The position numbers were made by a program, and so were the translations under genes. A stretch of DNA of 64,000 bases from a virus: the IMG/VR virus record IMGVR_UViG_3300045119_000457, positions 5,194 through 69,193 of that record; one strand, 5' to 3'. Shown here in pieces: positions 26,367 through 36,852 of the stretch; the first letter of the stretch is position 1, and each line of letters begins with the position of its first letter. Below the pieces are notes generated by a model. It saw only the letters and a program-made list of their open reading frames with translations, had not been told where the DNA came from and did not search any database.

Positions 26367-29300
26367 TCATGTCTTGATGATCTTGTTCATGATCATGGTC
26401 GGCTGGGTGTTCTGGTGCGCCGTGCCCGATCCCGCACCGCCGGTATTGACGGCGGCAGAGTTGCCAGTGTTGGGTGTTGTCTCCATGTCAGCCGTCAGTG
26501 TTGGACCACCCGGTATGCCGGCTGTTGAATTATTAATTGCGTCAATGCCAATCCAATTGCCGTCCGAACCGCTGAGATAGCCGTAGAGTTGACCGGCATT
26601 GACTAAACCAAACCAGCCACCAGTAGGACTATGAACATGGTCTGGTATGCGATGTTGATGCCCGCCCATCGCATGCGCATGAATGGCCTGGGCGTGCAAG
26701 TGATTGGCCAACTGAGCTTCCGCCAACGCATGCGTTTGCGTGCCGCCAGAGGCACCTACCGTCGCGCCATCAATCCCCGCACCCGCCGTCGTCAGCCGCG
26801 ACGCCGTCAGCTCCTTGCCGGCCGTCACCCGGCCGCCAAGATCGGGCAGGTTGAAGTTGGCGCCGCCGCCGCCGTACTTGTACTGGATGGCGTTGAACAG
26901 GTTGGTGTAGGTCGCGACCGCCACCGACTGTCCCTGGCACAGCAGCCAACCGGCTGGGGCGTTGTCGCCGGCGAAGTCGACGACCGTGCCGGGCGGCACA
27001 CCCCCCGCCACCGCCGCGGTCACGAAGGCCGTCGTGGCGACGCGCGTGCTGTTGGTGCCAGGCGGCTCGGTCTGGCTGCTCACCGGGCCCGTGAAGACGT
27101 GACCGCCGGTCAGCGCCGGGCCGGTGAAGTAGTTCATCGACGGCGTCGCGCCGTTGTGGACCTCGATCAGGCCGTAGCCACTAGCAACGCCGGCCAGATT
27201 GAACAGTAGGCGGACATCGGCATTGGCGCCGGCGCTGGCATTCGCCAGACTAAGGGCGGTGTGGATACCATCGATATTGCCGCTCAGAGACGCCAACTGG
27301 CCATTGATCGGGCCACCACTGAAATTATGCGCTCCGACTTCGGCGGTGTAGCCGATATTGCCGTTGTCGTAGCCGATGTAACCGAGACGCGTATTGTCGG
27401 CCTTGAAGAAGCCAACGTAACCGGAATTGACCGGCCCGCCGGCGTTCAACGAGGCGTAGCCGCCACCAGCTCCGCCGCCCAGCGGCTTGGCGACGAAGTT
27501 GTCCGCCGTGATGCTGCTGTTGAACGTCGCCGACGTGCCGGTCATCGGCTGGCTGAGGTGAAGCGGCGTATAGAAAGTCCAGCCGCCGACGCCGTTGATG
27601 TCGAGGTCCCACAGGCCGACCACGCTGCCGCCTGTCTTGAGGTAGGAGAAGCCGCGCCAGAGGCTCTGGTACAGGTCGATGCTGAGATTGCGCGCGCCGC
27701 TGCTGGCGGTCTGCCAGAAGGTCTGCGCACCCTCGTCGGGGTTGCTCTCCGGGGTAAGCGTCAGCACCCCGACCCCGAGGTTCCCAGCCGTCACCGCGCC
27801 GGTGAACGTCGCGTTCGTCCCCGTCAGGTTGCCGCCGATGTTGACCGCGCCGCCCTTGGTCAGGGTGAAGCCGGTCGCCAGCGTGTCGCCGAAATGCACC
27901 AGGTGGAACATCGACGCGGTGGCGTTCTGCTCGTAGATGAGGTTGATATTTTCGTTGTTGGTGCCGAGCGTCTTGCCCATGCGAATGGTCATCGAGCTGC
28001 CATTCGTCAGACCGGGCGCCTGTATCGCCTGTATGAGGTCTGGGTTTGACCCGCCGACGTTGATGTAGAGCGGGAGCGTTCCTGGATCGATGCCGATGCC
28101 GACGCCATGGGGCGCTATGAAGCCACCGTCCCGTTTCCATTCGAACTGGGTCTGCAGCGAGCTGTCGTCGGCCAGGGCCGACAGGTACATGTTGCCGTCG
28201 TCGTACTCCCAGAACGTCCAGAGCTTCAGGTTGGCGGCATTGGTCGTGTCGTTGAACATCAGGCGCGGCTGAGACGAAGTGAGCCTCACGCTAGCCGTGA
28301 ACGTGGTCAGGCCGTTCACCGTGCCGCCGCTCGCCAACGACAGGTACTCGTCGGACAGCACGCCCGGCGCGATCGTCGGGTTGGGGTAGTTGCTGCCGGC
28401 GAGGTCACCGCCCGCGACGCCCGACGGCGGCCCGCCGCCGCCGAAGGCGATCGCTGCCCAGACGAACGCCGTGGTCGCGACCTGGGTGTTGCTGAGCGAG
28501 GCCGGTGTCGGCGTCGGCGCGAAGGCCGGTAGGTTGAAGGTCCCCCCGGCGGAAGTTATCTCCAGCCAACCGACGGTGCCGCTGAAGTCCTGGAAAGCGT
28601 GCTTGTCGTTGCGATGGTAGTTCGTCTTGTCGCTGCCGCCGCCCAGGTAGAGACGGACGCCACCGTTAACGGGGTCCGCCAACGCCAGGAAACCCGTGGG
28701 CGAATGCGCCATGACGGTGACGCCGCCGAGCTGATAGAAATTGCCCGTAGCGTTGAAATAGTTTGCCGCAACGTAGCTGCTGAACCCCGCCGTCGTGCCG
28801 GCCAGGTTGCCGTTGACAGTCAGGTTGCCAGGTCCGGCCAGCGTGCCGCCGGTGATCGGCAGGTATTGGCCAACCACATCGCCGACCAGGGCCAGCGTGC
28901 CGGTCGACGACGGCAACGTGATCGTAGTATCCCCTCCAGTCGCCGGCGCCTGCAGTCGCGCGCTGCCCGAGGTCGCGCCGTAGAAGATCACCTGCTTGTT
29001 GTCGATGGTGAGTTGCGCCACCGTCCCGGCACTGTTGGAGAAAATGTGGCTGTCGAAACAACTGCCCCGAATGGCAACGCCACCGAAACCCTGCTCAGTG
29101 AGTACCCCGAAGAAGACGCTAAGGGTTCGGTCGACATAGTACGAACCGACCTGCTGCCTGAAAGAAACCCCGCCGCCTGTATTCTGGTGGGTGATCATCG
29201 AGGCGGTAGTGTTGTCCAGTATGTGGAGCCGGCTGGCCGGCGCTGACGTGCCGACGCCCAGGCGCTTGTTGGTGTTGTCCCAGAACAGGTTGGCAGGATC

Positions 29301-29831
29301 CTGGGCGAGCGCCGCCGCCCCGGCGAAGACCACCGAGCCCTGCGTGAAGTTCGCCGCGCCGGTGCCGCCGTGGGCGGAGTTGAGGATGCCGCCCAGGGTC
29401 ACGACGCCGGCCGTGTTGGTGGCCGGCGTGAGCCCGGTCGTGCCGGCACTGAAGCTGGTCACCAGGCCGGTGGCGGCCGCCTGCCAGGTCGGCGGCGCCC
29501 CCGTGTTGCCGACCAGGACCTGGCCCGTCTGTCCGGCGGTGACCGTGCCAACCGGCTCTGCGCCGTTGCCGTAGACCAGGCCGAACGATGCCAGGCTGGT
29601 GGCGCCCGTGCCGCCCGAGGCGATCGGCACCGTGGTGAGCGTCACCGTGGTACCGAAACGCTGCAGCGGCATGACGAACGTCAGGTCGCTGTCCAGCAAC
29701 GTCTTGAAGTAGTCGTGGACCTGGTTGAGGTTGGCCCGCGCCGACACGCCGGCCTGCACCAGTTCGAACTGCTCGACACCGCTTAGCGCGACGACAGCGG
29801 GCAGGTTGGGGATCTGTTTCTCGACAGCCAT
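26367..29831 (-). CDS. long tail fibre protein with C-terminal collar domain
   Basis: YLPITGGTL, VATTAFV, GGDLAGSNYPNPTI repeats; PPGTVVDFAG..PAGWLLCQG..FNLPDLGGR. Confidence 0.88.
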   Translation of the reverse strand: MAVEKQIPNLPAVVALSGVEQFELVQAGVSARANLNQVHDYFKTLLDSDLTFVMPLQRFGTTVTLTTVPIASGGTGATSLASFGLVYGNGAEPVGTVTAGQTGQVLVGNTGAPPTWQAAATGLVTSFSAGTTGLTPATNTAGVVTLGGILNSAHGGTGAANFTQGSVVFAGAAALAQDPANLFWDNTNKRLGVGTSAPASRLHILDNTTASMITHQNTGGGVSFRQQVGSYYVDRTLSVFFGVLTEQGFGGVAIRGSCFDSHIFSNSAGTVAQLTIDNKQVIFYGATSGSARLQAPATGGDTTITLPSSTGTLALVGDVVGQYLPITGGTLAGPGNLTVNGNLAGTTAGFSSYVAANYFNATGNFYQLGGVTVMAHSPTGFLALADPVNGGVRLYLGGGSDKTNYHRNDKHAFQDFSGTVGWLEITSAGGTFNLPAFAPTPTPASLSNTQVATTAFVWAAIAFGGGGPPSGVAGGDLAGSNYPNPTIAPGVLSDEYLSLASGGTVNGLTTFTASVRLTSSQPRLMFNDTTNAANLKLWTFWEYDDGNMYLSALADDSSLQTQFEWKRDGGFIAPHGVGIGIDPGTLPLYINVGGSNPDLIQAIQAPGLTNGSSMTIRMGKTLGTNNENINLIYEQNATASMFHLVHFGDTLATGFTLTKGGAVNIGGNLTGTNATFTGAVTAGNLGVGVLTLTPESNPDEGAQTFWQTASSGARNLSIDLYQSLWRGFSYLKTGGSVVGLWDLDINGVGGWTFYTPLHLSQPMTGTSATFNSSITADNFVAKPLGGGAGGGYASLNAGGPVNSGYVGFFKADNTRLGYIGYDNGNIGYTAEVGAHNFSGGPINGQLASLSGNIDGIHTALSLANASAGANADVRLLFNLAGVASGYGLIEVHNGATPSMNYFTGPALTGGHVFTGPVSSQTEPPGTNSTRVATTAFVTAAVAGGVPPGTVVDFAGDNAPAGWLLCQGQSVAVATYTNLFNAIQYKYGGGGANFNLPDLGGRVTAGKELTASRLTTAGAGIDGATVGASGGTQTHALAEAQLANHLHAQAIHAHAMGGHQHRIPDHVHSPTGGWFGLVNAGQLYGYLSGSDGNWIGIDAINNSTAGIPGGPTLTADMETTPNTGNSAAVNTGGAGSGTAHQNTQPTMIMNKIIKT

Positions 29832-29835
29832 TGTG

Positions 29836-30957
29836 TCACCAACCCAAATCGATGCCGCCAAATTGCGCGTCCGCAACGGTGGTGGCGAACGGCTCTGAAG
29901 CACCCCGATACGCCGCCATAACAGACTGAGCAACGGATTGCGCGGTCATCGGACCCTGCCCGATGAACGCCTGACTTGCTACAGTGACCGGCTTGACGAG
30001 CACGTAGGTAACGCCGGGAACCAGCGTAATCGGCGTGATGGAGGTCCACGCAGACGAACCGGCATTCTTGCCGGTCATGTCAACCGATGCCGTGGCCAGC
30101 AATACCAGTGAAGCGCCATCGTAGAGATTGACGGTGTGCAGCCCGGTGTTGGCCGTCGTGACACGAGCCCCCATCCAACTGATCGACCTGCTGGCGTTTA
30201 CCTGAAATTGCCAACCGACTTCCCCGCCGAAATCGGTACGGTCGCCGCCACCCGTGAACGACGTGGTGAGGCGCGTTGACGGTGCCGGTGGCGCTGGACC
30301 GTAGAACGCGATGCGGATGCGTCCAGTACCGCCCGACGGATTGGTGCCGGTTGACGTGTGCGAACCGCCGGCACCACCCGGCTGGGTGCCGCCTGCATTC
30401 GAGGCGCCGCCAGTACCGCCGCCCAAGAGTGACCCCGGCGACAGGCCGGTCGTGTCGGTGCCTGCCGTGAAGCTCGACCCTGCCGTGGTCGCACCACCGC
30501 TGCCGCCACCGCGTGCGCTCGTACCGACTGCGCCGTTGCCGCCCGCATTGACCGTACCGACACAGCCTGCCGGATTGCCGACACCGGCCGTCGCCGAGGC
30601 AGCGTTAGTGCCGCCCTTGGCCAGGCAGCCAGTAGCTGACGATGTAGGCGCGACATTGAGCGTGTTCACCCAACTGTCGAAGCCCGCCAGCGAACCGACG
30701 TAGTAGTAGATCGTGTCGCCTGGTGTCGTCGCGATATTGACGTTGCTCCTGACGTATGGCGCGCCGCCGCCACCTGCTCGATTGCCCACCGTCGTGTTGC
30801 CAAAGCCGCTACCGCCGTTGCCAATTCCCTCGGCGGTGAAAAACCCCGCCCCGCTAGGCACGGTAATACTGTTCGCGCCCGGTACTGAATTGACCGTCAC
30901 GCTGATCAGGCCGCTGCCGGTCGTTCGCGCAAGCATGAGGGATAGATTGCCGCTCAT
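29836..30957 (-). CDS. glycine-rich tail fibre accessory protein
   Basis: GGGG-rich domain followed by a beta-sandwich-like C-terminus. Confidence 0.7.
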   Translation of the reverse strand: MSGNLSLMLARTTGSGLISVTVNSVPGANSITVPSGAGFFTAEGIGNGGSGFGNTTVGNRAGGGGAPYVRSNVNIATTPGDTIYYYVGSLAGFDSWVNTLNVAPTSSATGCLAKGGTNAASATAGVGNPAGCVGTVNAGGNGAVGTSARGGGSGGATTAGSSFTAGTDTTGLSPGSLLGGGTGGASNAGGTQPGGAGGSHTSTGTNPSGGTGRIRIAFYGPAPPAPSTRLTTSFTGGGDRTDFGGEVGWQFQVNASRSISWMGARVTTANTGLHTVNLYDGASLVLLATASVDMTGKNAGSSAWTSITPITLVPGVTYVLVKPVTVASQAFIGQGPMTAQSVAQSVMAAYRGASEPFATTVADAQFGGIDLGW

Positions 30958-33593
30958 GTCAGGCCCGTGCCCGATATGAGCCAGCGCGTTGCCGTCACCT
31001 TGAGTGCCGTGGCGATGCCGCCAATACCCAAGGTGCGAAAGCCTGTCGTCGTGCCGGGCGACCACACCAGCGTGTCGGTGGTGATGTTGATGGCGATGTT
31101 GTTGGCGCTGTCATTGACGAAGGTCAGCGTGGTGCCGATCGGGTAGGCCACCGTACTGTTGGCCGGGATCGTCCACGTCGCCCCCGCCGCGCCGCTGGCG
31201 TGGTAGATGTGCTTGCCGCTGTCGGCCAGCACAGGCGCGTAGTTGCTGGCCTGGATGTTCTGCGGCACGGCGAGGTAGCCCGCCGTGAAGCCGTTGGTCG
31301 AGACCACACCAGAGAACGTCGCCGTCGTGCCACTCACCGGGACGGAGAACGTCGCCGCGGTGGTGGTTAGCGACGCAATGTTTGTGAGCGCCCGATCGCG
31401 GATTATATGAACGTCGTTGGTGTAGTAGTTCGTCGGATTGACGTCGTCGCCAACGGTAATGCGATTGACCGCCGTGCCCGGTGCGCGGATCGAAGTGTAA
31501 TCAGTTGACTCAGCGACCAGCCGGGCAGAACCGGCGATGTAGTACCCGGACCCCGAAGTGTTGGGCGTCACATAGACGTTTGAGGGGGAGATGAACTCGC
31601 CAGCCCGCGACCACTCGAATTGGTTCTGCAACGCACCGACATCGTTGACGAACGACATATAGACAGCGCCATCATCAAATTCCCAGAGGCGCACAGTCTT
31701 CTGGTCGGCAGCGTTACTCGGGTGAGTAAAGAGAATGCCTGGCTGGTTCATGGAAATAGTCAGAGCGCCGTTGAGCGTCGCCGCCGCTCCCGTCAGCGTG
31801 CCGGTAAAGGCCGGATTGGCGATCGGCAGATAGGCACCCGATACGTTGGCCGGGGTCATGTAATCGGTGCCGGCAACGCCTGCACTGATCGCCGTGCCGT
31901 TGCCCTTGAGCATGCCGGTAATTGTGGTCGACAAGGTAATCGCGGGCGTCGTGGTGGCTGTCGCCACCGTGCCGGCCAGACCATTGGCGCTGACCACCGA
32001 CGTGCTGGTAACAGTGCCACCGCCGCCGCCACCGCTCGGCGTCGCCCACGCCGAGACCCCGCCGACCGTCGTCAGCACCTGGCCGTTGGTGACGCTGGGC
32101 TTGATCGTCGGGTTGGGATAGGTGCCGCTCAAGTCACCGCCCGCCGCGCCGTTGGGCGGCAGGGTTGTCGGAATTTGCGTCGTCAGCGCCAGCGTACCCG
32201 TGGACGCCGGTAGCGTAATGGTTAGGTCCGGCGCGGAAGCCTGAGCCTGCACCTTCGACTGACCGGATGTTGTGCCGTAGAAGATGACTTGCTGGTTTTG
32301 AATGCCAAGTTGATTGAGCGTACCGGCCGAATTCCTGAAGGTATGACCATCAAAGTCATGGGTACGACCGAGCACGCCAGTACCAAACTCATGCAGTACC
32401 CCCACCCCGAAGGTATTAATGAGGCGTCTGCTGACGGAAAGGCTGGTCCCCAAGTTTTGCCGGATGACCTGCGCGCTGCCGACGACGCCGGTATCAAGAT
32501 TGGCAAAGATGACCGTCACATCGCCAACAACAGTACCAGCAACGTCAAGGAGAGCCGTCGGCGTGCGGCCGATGCCGAGCGGGCCAGGTAGGACCGTGGC
32601 GCCGTTGACACGATTGAACGTCCACGTCGCCGATGACGTTTCGAGATCGTCTGCGGTTGCCTCAAGCAGGAGTAGGTCGGGGTTCGTGCTGGAGGCCCAG
32701 AGATGCCACCACCTGTGATCGACCGCAGCCGCCGGACTGAAGAACGAGACGATCGGGCTCTCTTGCAGCAAAGGGTCAGGGCTGAGGGTGTTGAGCGGCG
32801 GCATGATCTGCAGCCAGCCGGGGATGGTCGTGTAGCCCGCACGATCGGCGCGCTGGAACGTCCAGGTAAGCTGAGGGGCGCCGGCGTCGTTCAGGGCCTG
32901 CAGAAGGAAATGACCGTTAGGTGCTACCGAGGTCTGGAACTTCTTCTTATCGACCGGATTTGCCGCTGCGTTGTAGATCAGCGGGCCAGGCAACGTCAGG
33001 CTGCCAGCACGACTGAACAACCAGGTCTGCAAGGCCGTGGCGTAGGCATCGTCATAGGCAACTATGTTGAACGACCCATCGATGCCGGCATTGATGTTCC
33101 AGACCTTCTGGTTGACCCCGGCGGTCCTCTGGGTGAAGTCCATGCCGGCCCAGCCGACCCTGCCGTTGATCGAGATCCAGCCTTCGTCGAATAGCTGAAC
33201 ACCGCTGGCGGTGGCAGGGGCGCCCACCAAGAGATCGTTGCTCAAAGTGCCGCCGGTCAGCGGAAGGTAGCCACTGCCGCCTGCCGTGACCGCCGACATC
33301 ACGAACGACGTGGTGGCAACGCTGGTCGAGTTATTGGGATAGGCCGGAGCGTTGCTGAACGTCGCCGTCGTGCCCTGGAGCGGGCCACTCAGTGTGCCTC
33401 CGGTCAGCGGCAGGAAAATATCCAGCGCCATCGTCGTGAAGGCTGTGGTTGCCAGCTGGACGACCTGGCCCAGTGAGGCCGACATGGTGGCGCCGCCGGT
33501 GCTGACCTCGATCAGGTCAGTGACGTGCGCCGCGCCGGCTCTGGGCAGGCCCGAGATCGTGACCGGCGGGAGCTTGGTGTAGCTGTCGCCCAT
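30954..33593 (-). CDS. tail fibre protein
   Basis: FLPLTGGTL, GGDLSGTYPNPTI repeats; C-terminal DSGKHI..TIPANSTVAYPIGT..WLISG. Confidence 0.85.
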   Translation of the reverse strand: MGDSYTKLPPVTISGLPRAGAAHVTDLIEVSTGGATMSASLGQVVQLATTAFTTMALDIFLPLTGGTLSGPLQGTTATFSNAPAYPNNSTSVATTSFVMSAVTAGGSGYLPLTGGTLSNDLLVGAPATASGVQLFDEGWISINGRVGWAGMDFTQRTAGVNQKVWNINAGIDGSFNIVAYDDAYATALQTWLFSRAGSLTLPGPLIYNAAANPVDKKKFQTSVAPNGHFLLQALNDAGAPQLTWTFQRADRAGYTTIPGWLQIMPPLNTLSPDPLLQESPIVSFFSPAAAVDHRWWHLWASSTNPDLLLLEATADDLETSSATWTFNRVNGATVLPGPLGIGRTPTALLDVAGTVVGDVTVIFANLDTGVVGSAQVIRQNLGTSLSVSRRLINTFGVGVLHEFGTGVLGRTHDFDGHTFRNSAGTLNQLGIQNQQVIFYGTTSGQSKVQAQASAPDLTITLPASTGTLALTTQIPTTLPPNGAAGGDLSGTYPNPTIKPSVTNGQVLTTVGGVSAWATPSGGGGGGTVTSTSVVSANGLAGTVATATTTPAITLSTTITGMLKGNGTAISAGVAGTDYMTPANVSGAYLPIANPAFTGTLTGAAATLNGALTISMNQPGILFTHPSNAADQKTVRLWEFDDGAVYMSFVNDVGALQNQFEWSRAGEFISPSNVYVTPNTSGSGYYIAGSARLVAESTDYTSIRAPGTAVNRITVGDDVNPTNYYTNDVHIIRDRALTNIASLTTTAATFSVPVSGTTATFSGVVSTNGFTAGYLAVPQNIQASNYAPVLADSGKHIYHASGAAGATWTIPANSTVAYPIGTTLTFVNDSANNIAINITTDTLVWSPGTTTGFRTLGIGGIATALKVTATRWLISGTGLT

Positions 33594-34085
33594 CTACGAC
33601 CTCCTCCATTCCCTGATGCGCGGGCGGCCGTCCTCGGTGACGCGCTCGCCGGAGGTGTCGGTGAGGCCGGTGACACGGCTTTCGCCGACAAAAGTGTCGC
33701 CGGTTGTCTGGGTCACGCGCGGCTCATCGTTCTGGGTGGTGCGCCTGGCGCCCTGCGGGATAGCGATGCCGTGACGATGCTTGTCGGTCGCGGCGCTATC
33801 CGTGAAGCGGTAGTCGGTATAGGCCTCGATCGGCTGCTCGGGGCGCGGGTTAAGGATTGGCATCGGGTCGGCCGGCAGGATGATGGCGCGCAGTTGCTCC
33901 TGCGGGCGGTCAACGCACGGACCACACACCAGGATGCGCTTGTTGACGAGGGACGTGCCGGCCCAATCAAATTGAAAGCGTAGCTTGTCGTGATTGAACC
34001 AGATGCCACACCTGTCGCACACCGCGAAGGCGCGCGGCCTCGATGCGCTGACGCGAGCTCGTCCTGCTTTGGATGCGTAGGCCAT
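33594..34085 (-). CDS. conserved phage protein with CxxC zinc-binding motifs
   Basis: AFAVCDRCG...LVCGPCVD..PQ..DP.P..NPRP. Confidence 0.75.
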   Translation of the reverse strand: MAYASKAGRARVSASRPRAFAVCDRCGIWFNHDKLRFQFDWAGTSLVNKRILVCGPCVDRPQEQLRAIILPADPMPILNPRPEQPIEAYTDYRFTDSAATDKHRHGIAIPQGARRTTQNDEPRVTQTTGDTFVGESRVTGLTDTSGERVTEDGRPRIREWRRS

Positions 34086-34777
34086 TAGTAGCGCCAATAC
34101 CCGCCGAGCATCGGCGTGATGTAGAAGTGCGCGTGCTCGACATCATTGCCGGCCGCGGTCGCGTAACTCTTCTCAGCAAACGGCGCCAGGGCCGGGATCA
34201 GCGCCGGCGCCCAACTACGCGCGAGCTGCAGCGCCAGGCCATCGGCGAAAGCATTGAACCAGCGGTAGGGCAGGTCCATCGACGTCGCCCCCGGCAGGAC
34301 GGCGTCCTGTATCTGAGTGACGCGGTAGTAGTGCAGCTCCTTTCCAGTCCACTCGGTTGGCACCGGCCACAGCGTGATCGTCGGACTGATCAGTCGATCG
34401 AACCAGAACACCGTCGGGAAGCCCGGCTGGACCTTGTTGGGATAGCTGGCGTACTCCGAACGCGAGACCGGCAGGATAATGCGATCGGTGAGCGTGCCGG
34501 CGTCGTCGGTGTGGATGTAGGCGTCGAGCACCAGGATGGTCTTGGGATCGACGGCGTAAGTCGCCTCGCCCTCGACCAACGGCGCCACCACCAGGTCGAC
34601 CTTCCACAGGTTGACGCCCTGCTGGCTCCAGTCGGCCAGCAGCATGTTGGCCGCCATCCTAGCCGTCTCCATGTGCTCCTGGACGAGCGCCGGCGAGCGG
34701 ATCTGGCACAAGTTGAAAGCATAGAGGACAATCTCGCCCAGGCTGGGATTGAAGGCGTAGGTTCCTGAACTGGCCAT
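34085..34777 (-). CDS. head-tail connector / adaptor protein
   Basis: MASSGTYAFNP, WSQQGVNLW, SRSEYASYPNK, LWPVP motifs. Confidence 0.75.
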   Translation of the reverse strand: MASSGTYAFNPSLGEIVLYAFNLCQIRSPALVQEHMETARMAANMLLADWSQQGVNLWKVDLVVAPLVEGEATYAVDPKTILVLDAYIHTDDAGTLTDRIILPVSRSEYASYPNKVQPGFPTVFWFDRLISPTITLWPVPTEWTGKELHYYRVTQIQDAVLPGATSMDLPYRWFNAFADGLALQLARSWAPALIPALAPFAEKSYATAAGNDVEHAHFYITPMLGGYWRY

Positions 34778-34783
34778 GATCGC

Positions 34784-35815
34784 CTACGTGAACGTGATAG
34801 ATTGCAGGGGCGACGGGTCGGTCGGCACGACGTAGCCCGCGGCGCCGACGACGGTGCCCGGCAAGTTGATCGTGCCCGACACACGCACGATGGCGACGTT
34901 ATAGGTTCCCAGAGGCGGCGTCAGGGTAAGCACATCGGCGGCGCGGGTCAGCGCGGTGCCGGTGCTGATGATCGGGCTCATGTTGGTGAGGCTGCCCACC
35001 TGTATGACCGGCGCGCCGATGTCGATCGTGAAGTCCATCGCGCCGGTGCCCTGATAGAAGATGATGGACGCATTCGGCATCGAGTAAGGCGCCGGGCCAA
35101 TGGCCGGTACGGTTTGCGGATTGCCGAAGAAAGTAAGGGTCGATGTTGGTGCGAACCCAGCCTGGCTGTCGCTGTTGATGCCCCCCAGGTTGTCCAAGAT
35201 TTGTCCCCAGTGATTGACAGTGAAACCGTTAGTGGTCGTGACATTCAGGGCAACATAGGCACCTTGCATATACTGCGTTCCGACAGTCATGCCGGTCACA
35301 CCACCAGCCCACTCGTAACCGACCGAACTGACGCCACTTGAAGGCGTACCGAAGAAACGTGTCCGCAAAACCTGAATGCCGTTGACCGTGAACAGACCGA
35401 CGATCGTCACCGTCACCCCGGAAGGAGAGGTCACCCAAGAAACCGGCGGCGTCCCCGGTGTTCCGGCCACCGCGCCGCTGGCCGACGAGTTGCGCACGTA
35501 GTTGGTCTGCGTCGGCTCGACCAGCAGGCCGCGCAGCTGGTTCGACACCAGGCCATAGTCGAAGCGCGCCACGTTGGCGGCGGCGCTGGTCAACGTATTG
35601 GCGCTGTTGAAATACCAGCCGACCGAGGCGCGTGTCAGGGTCGCCCCGAAGGGCAACGTGCCCGTCATGAAGTTGAAGCTCTTGCGCGCGCCACTGCCGC
35701 CGCCTGTGCCGCCACCCGTCGTCAGGCCGGTGCCGCTGCTGGTGCCGCGCGCGCTCAGGATCAGCGACGCGCCGGTCGCCGACAGCCCCGTAGCATTCGA
35801 CAGGCCAGTCGGCAT
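34784..35815 (-). CDS. minor structural / head-fibre-like protein
   Basis: TRAS..ARFDY..GLLVEPTQTNY and TRAADVL motifs. Confidence 0.7.
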   Translation of the reverse strand: MPTGLSNATGLSATGASLILSARGTSSGTGLTTGGGTGGGSGARKSFNFMTGTLPFGATLTRASVGWYFNSANTLTSAAANVARFDYGLVSNQLRGLLVEPTQTNYVRNSSASGAVAGTPGTPPVSWVTSPSGVTVTIVGLFTVNGIQVLRTRFFGTPSSGVSSVGYEWAGGVTGMTVGTQYMQGAYVALNVTTTNGFTVNHWGQILDNLGGINSDSQAGFAPTSTLTFFGNPQTVPAIGPAPYSMPNASIIFYQGTGAMDFTIDIGAPVIQVGSLTNMSPIISTGTALTRAADVLTLTPPLGTYNVAIVRVSGTINLPGTVVGAAGYVVPTDPSPLQSITFT

Positions 35816-35816
35816 G

Positions 35817-36485
35817 TCATGATGCCCCGGACTGCGTGAAGGTTGCCGTCACCTGGCCGACGCCGCTGTTCAGCAACACCCGCGCGTAGGACGGCACGAA
35901 CAGGAAGTTGCTCTGGGCGCTGACGACGGAGTTGACCACGGCAGCGTCGCTTGAGTTGACCCAGGTGACGCCGGCCACGTTGTTGTAGACCGGACTGTTG
36001 ACGTCGTTCGGGTCGTCGAGCGTCGACTGCACTGTGTAATTGACCGCGGACGCGACGTTGACCTGGATGGCCACGTCACCAGGCGACCATGTATCGAAGG
36101 CGACCCAGGGGCTCGTGCCGGTGCTGGCCGTGCCGATGCTGACAGTGCCGGCAGAGGCCCTCAACGCAGTGACCGAGGGGACCTTTAAGTACTGGTTGAC
36201 CGACATCACCGTGCCGGCGGCGATCGGGCCGTAGATCGTCTCGCTGACCGGGTAACCCTTGGCGTTGGCACCGCTAATCTGAAGGAGCGGCAGCGCGGTG
36301 TTCTCGGCTGCGGCGAAGGTGAACAGGACGTTGCGTTCTGTGGCGAACGCCGCGACGCCGTTGACCACTCCGACGCCGTCCAGAACGAGCGTGCCGGGGC
36401 CCGTGACCGGCAGGGCAGTACGGATCAGGGTCGGACTGACAGGCGTTATGATCAGGAAACCGACAGAAACAGTGATGGGGCGCAT
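35817..36485 (-). CDS. hypothetical structural protein
   Basis: Beta-rich ORF with NYTVQSTLDD motif; AAGGAG RBS. Confidence 0.7.
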   Translation of the reverse strand: MRPITVSVGFLIITPVSPTLIRTALPVTGPGTLVLDGVGVVNGVAAFATERNVLFTFAAAENTALPLLQISGANAKGYPVSETIYGPIAAGTVMSVNQYLKVPSVTALRASAGTVSIGTASTGTSPWVAFDTWSPGDVAIQVNVASAVNYTVQSTLDDPNDVNSPVYNNVAGVTWVNSSDAAVVNSVVSAQSNFLFVPSYARVLLNSGVGQVTATFTQSGAS

Positions 36486-36539
36486 CGCATTCTCCTTGGC
36501 GCGCCCACGGTCACGCTGTCAGCGGCACGCCCTCTATGG

Positions 36540-36842
36540 TTACTTGCTGCCGGGGGTCGAGTGGCCCTTGGCGTTCTTGGCCGACGACGCAGTGCCCGCC
36601 ATCGGACTACCCTTCCAGCCGCTCATGCTGCCGGCGTTGCTGATGTTCCGACCGCCCGAGGCGCGCGGCGAGCGACCCATCGTCTTGGGCGGGGCGCCGC
36701 CCTTGATCTTGATACCACCGCCAAACTTCCTGGCGACCGGACCACCGGCTGCCTTGGCGGCGCCGCCGCTCTTCTTCGCCACCGGACCGCCTGCAGCCTT
36801 GGCTACAGAGCCGCCATCAGCTTTTCCCGCGCGACCCTTCAT
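36540..36842 (-). CDS. small basic protein built of xAxGGxV repeats
   Basis: 100 aa, Lys/Gly/Ala-rich; AGGAG RBS. Confidence 0.75.
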   Translation of the reverse strand: MKGRAGKADGGSVAKAAGGPVAKKSGGAAKAAGGPVARKFGGGIKIKGGAPPKTMGRSPRASGGRNISNAGSMSGWKGSPMAGTASSAKNAKGHSTPGSK

Positions 36843-36852
36843 GTTTGATCTC

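Noticed and set aside
26367-33593. Diversity-generating retroelement acting on the fibres
   Set aside because: No reverse transcriptase and no adenine-specific template/variable repeat pair seen
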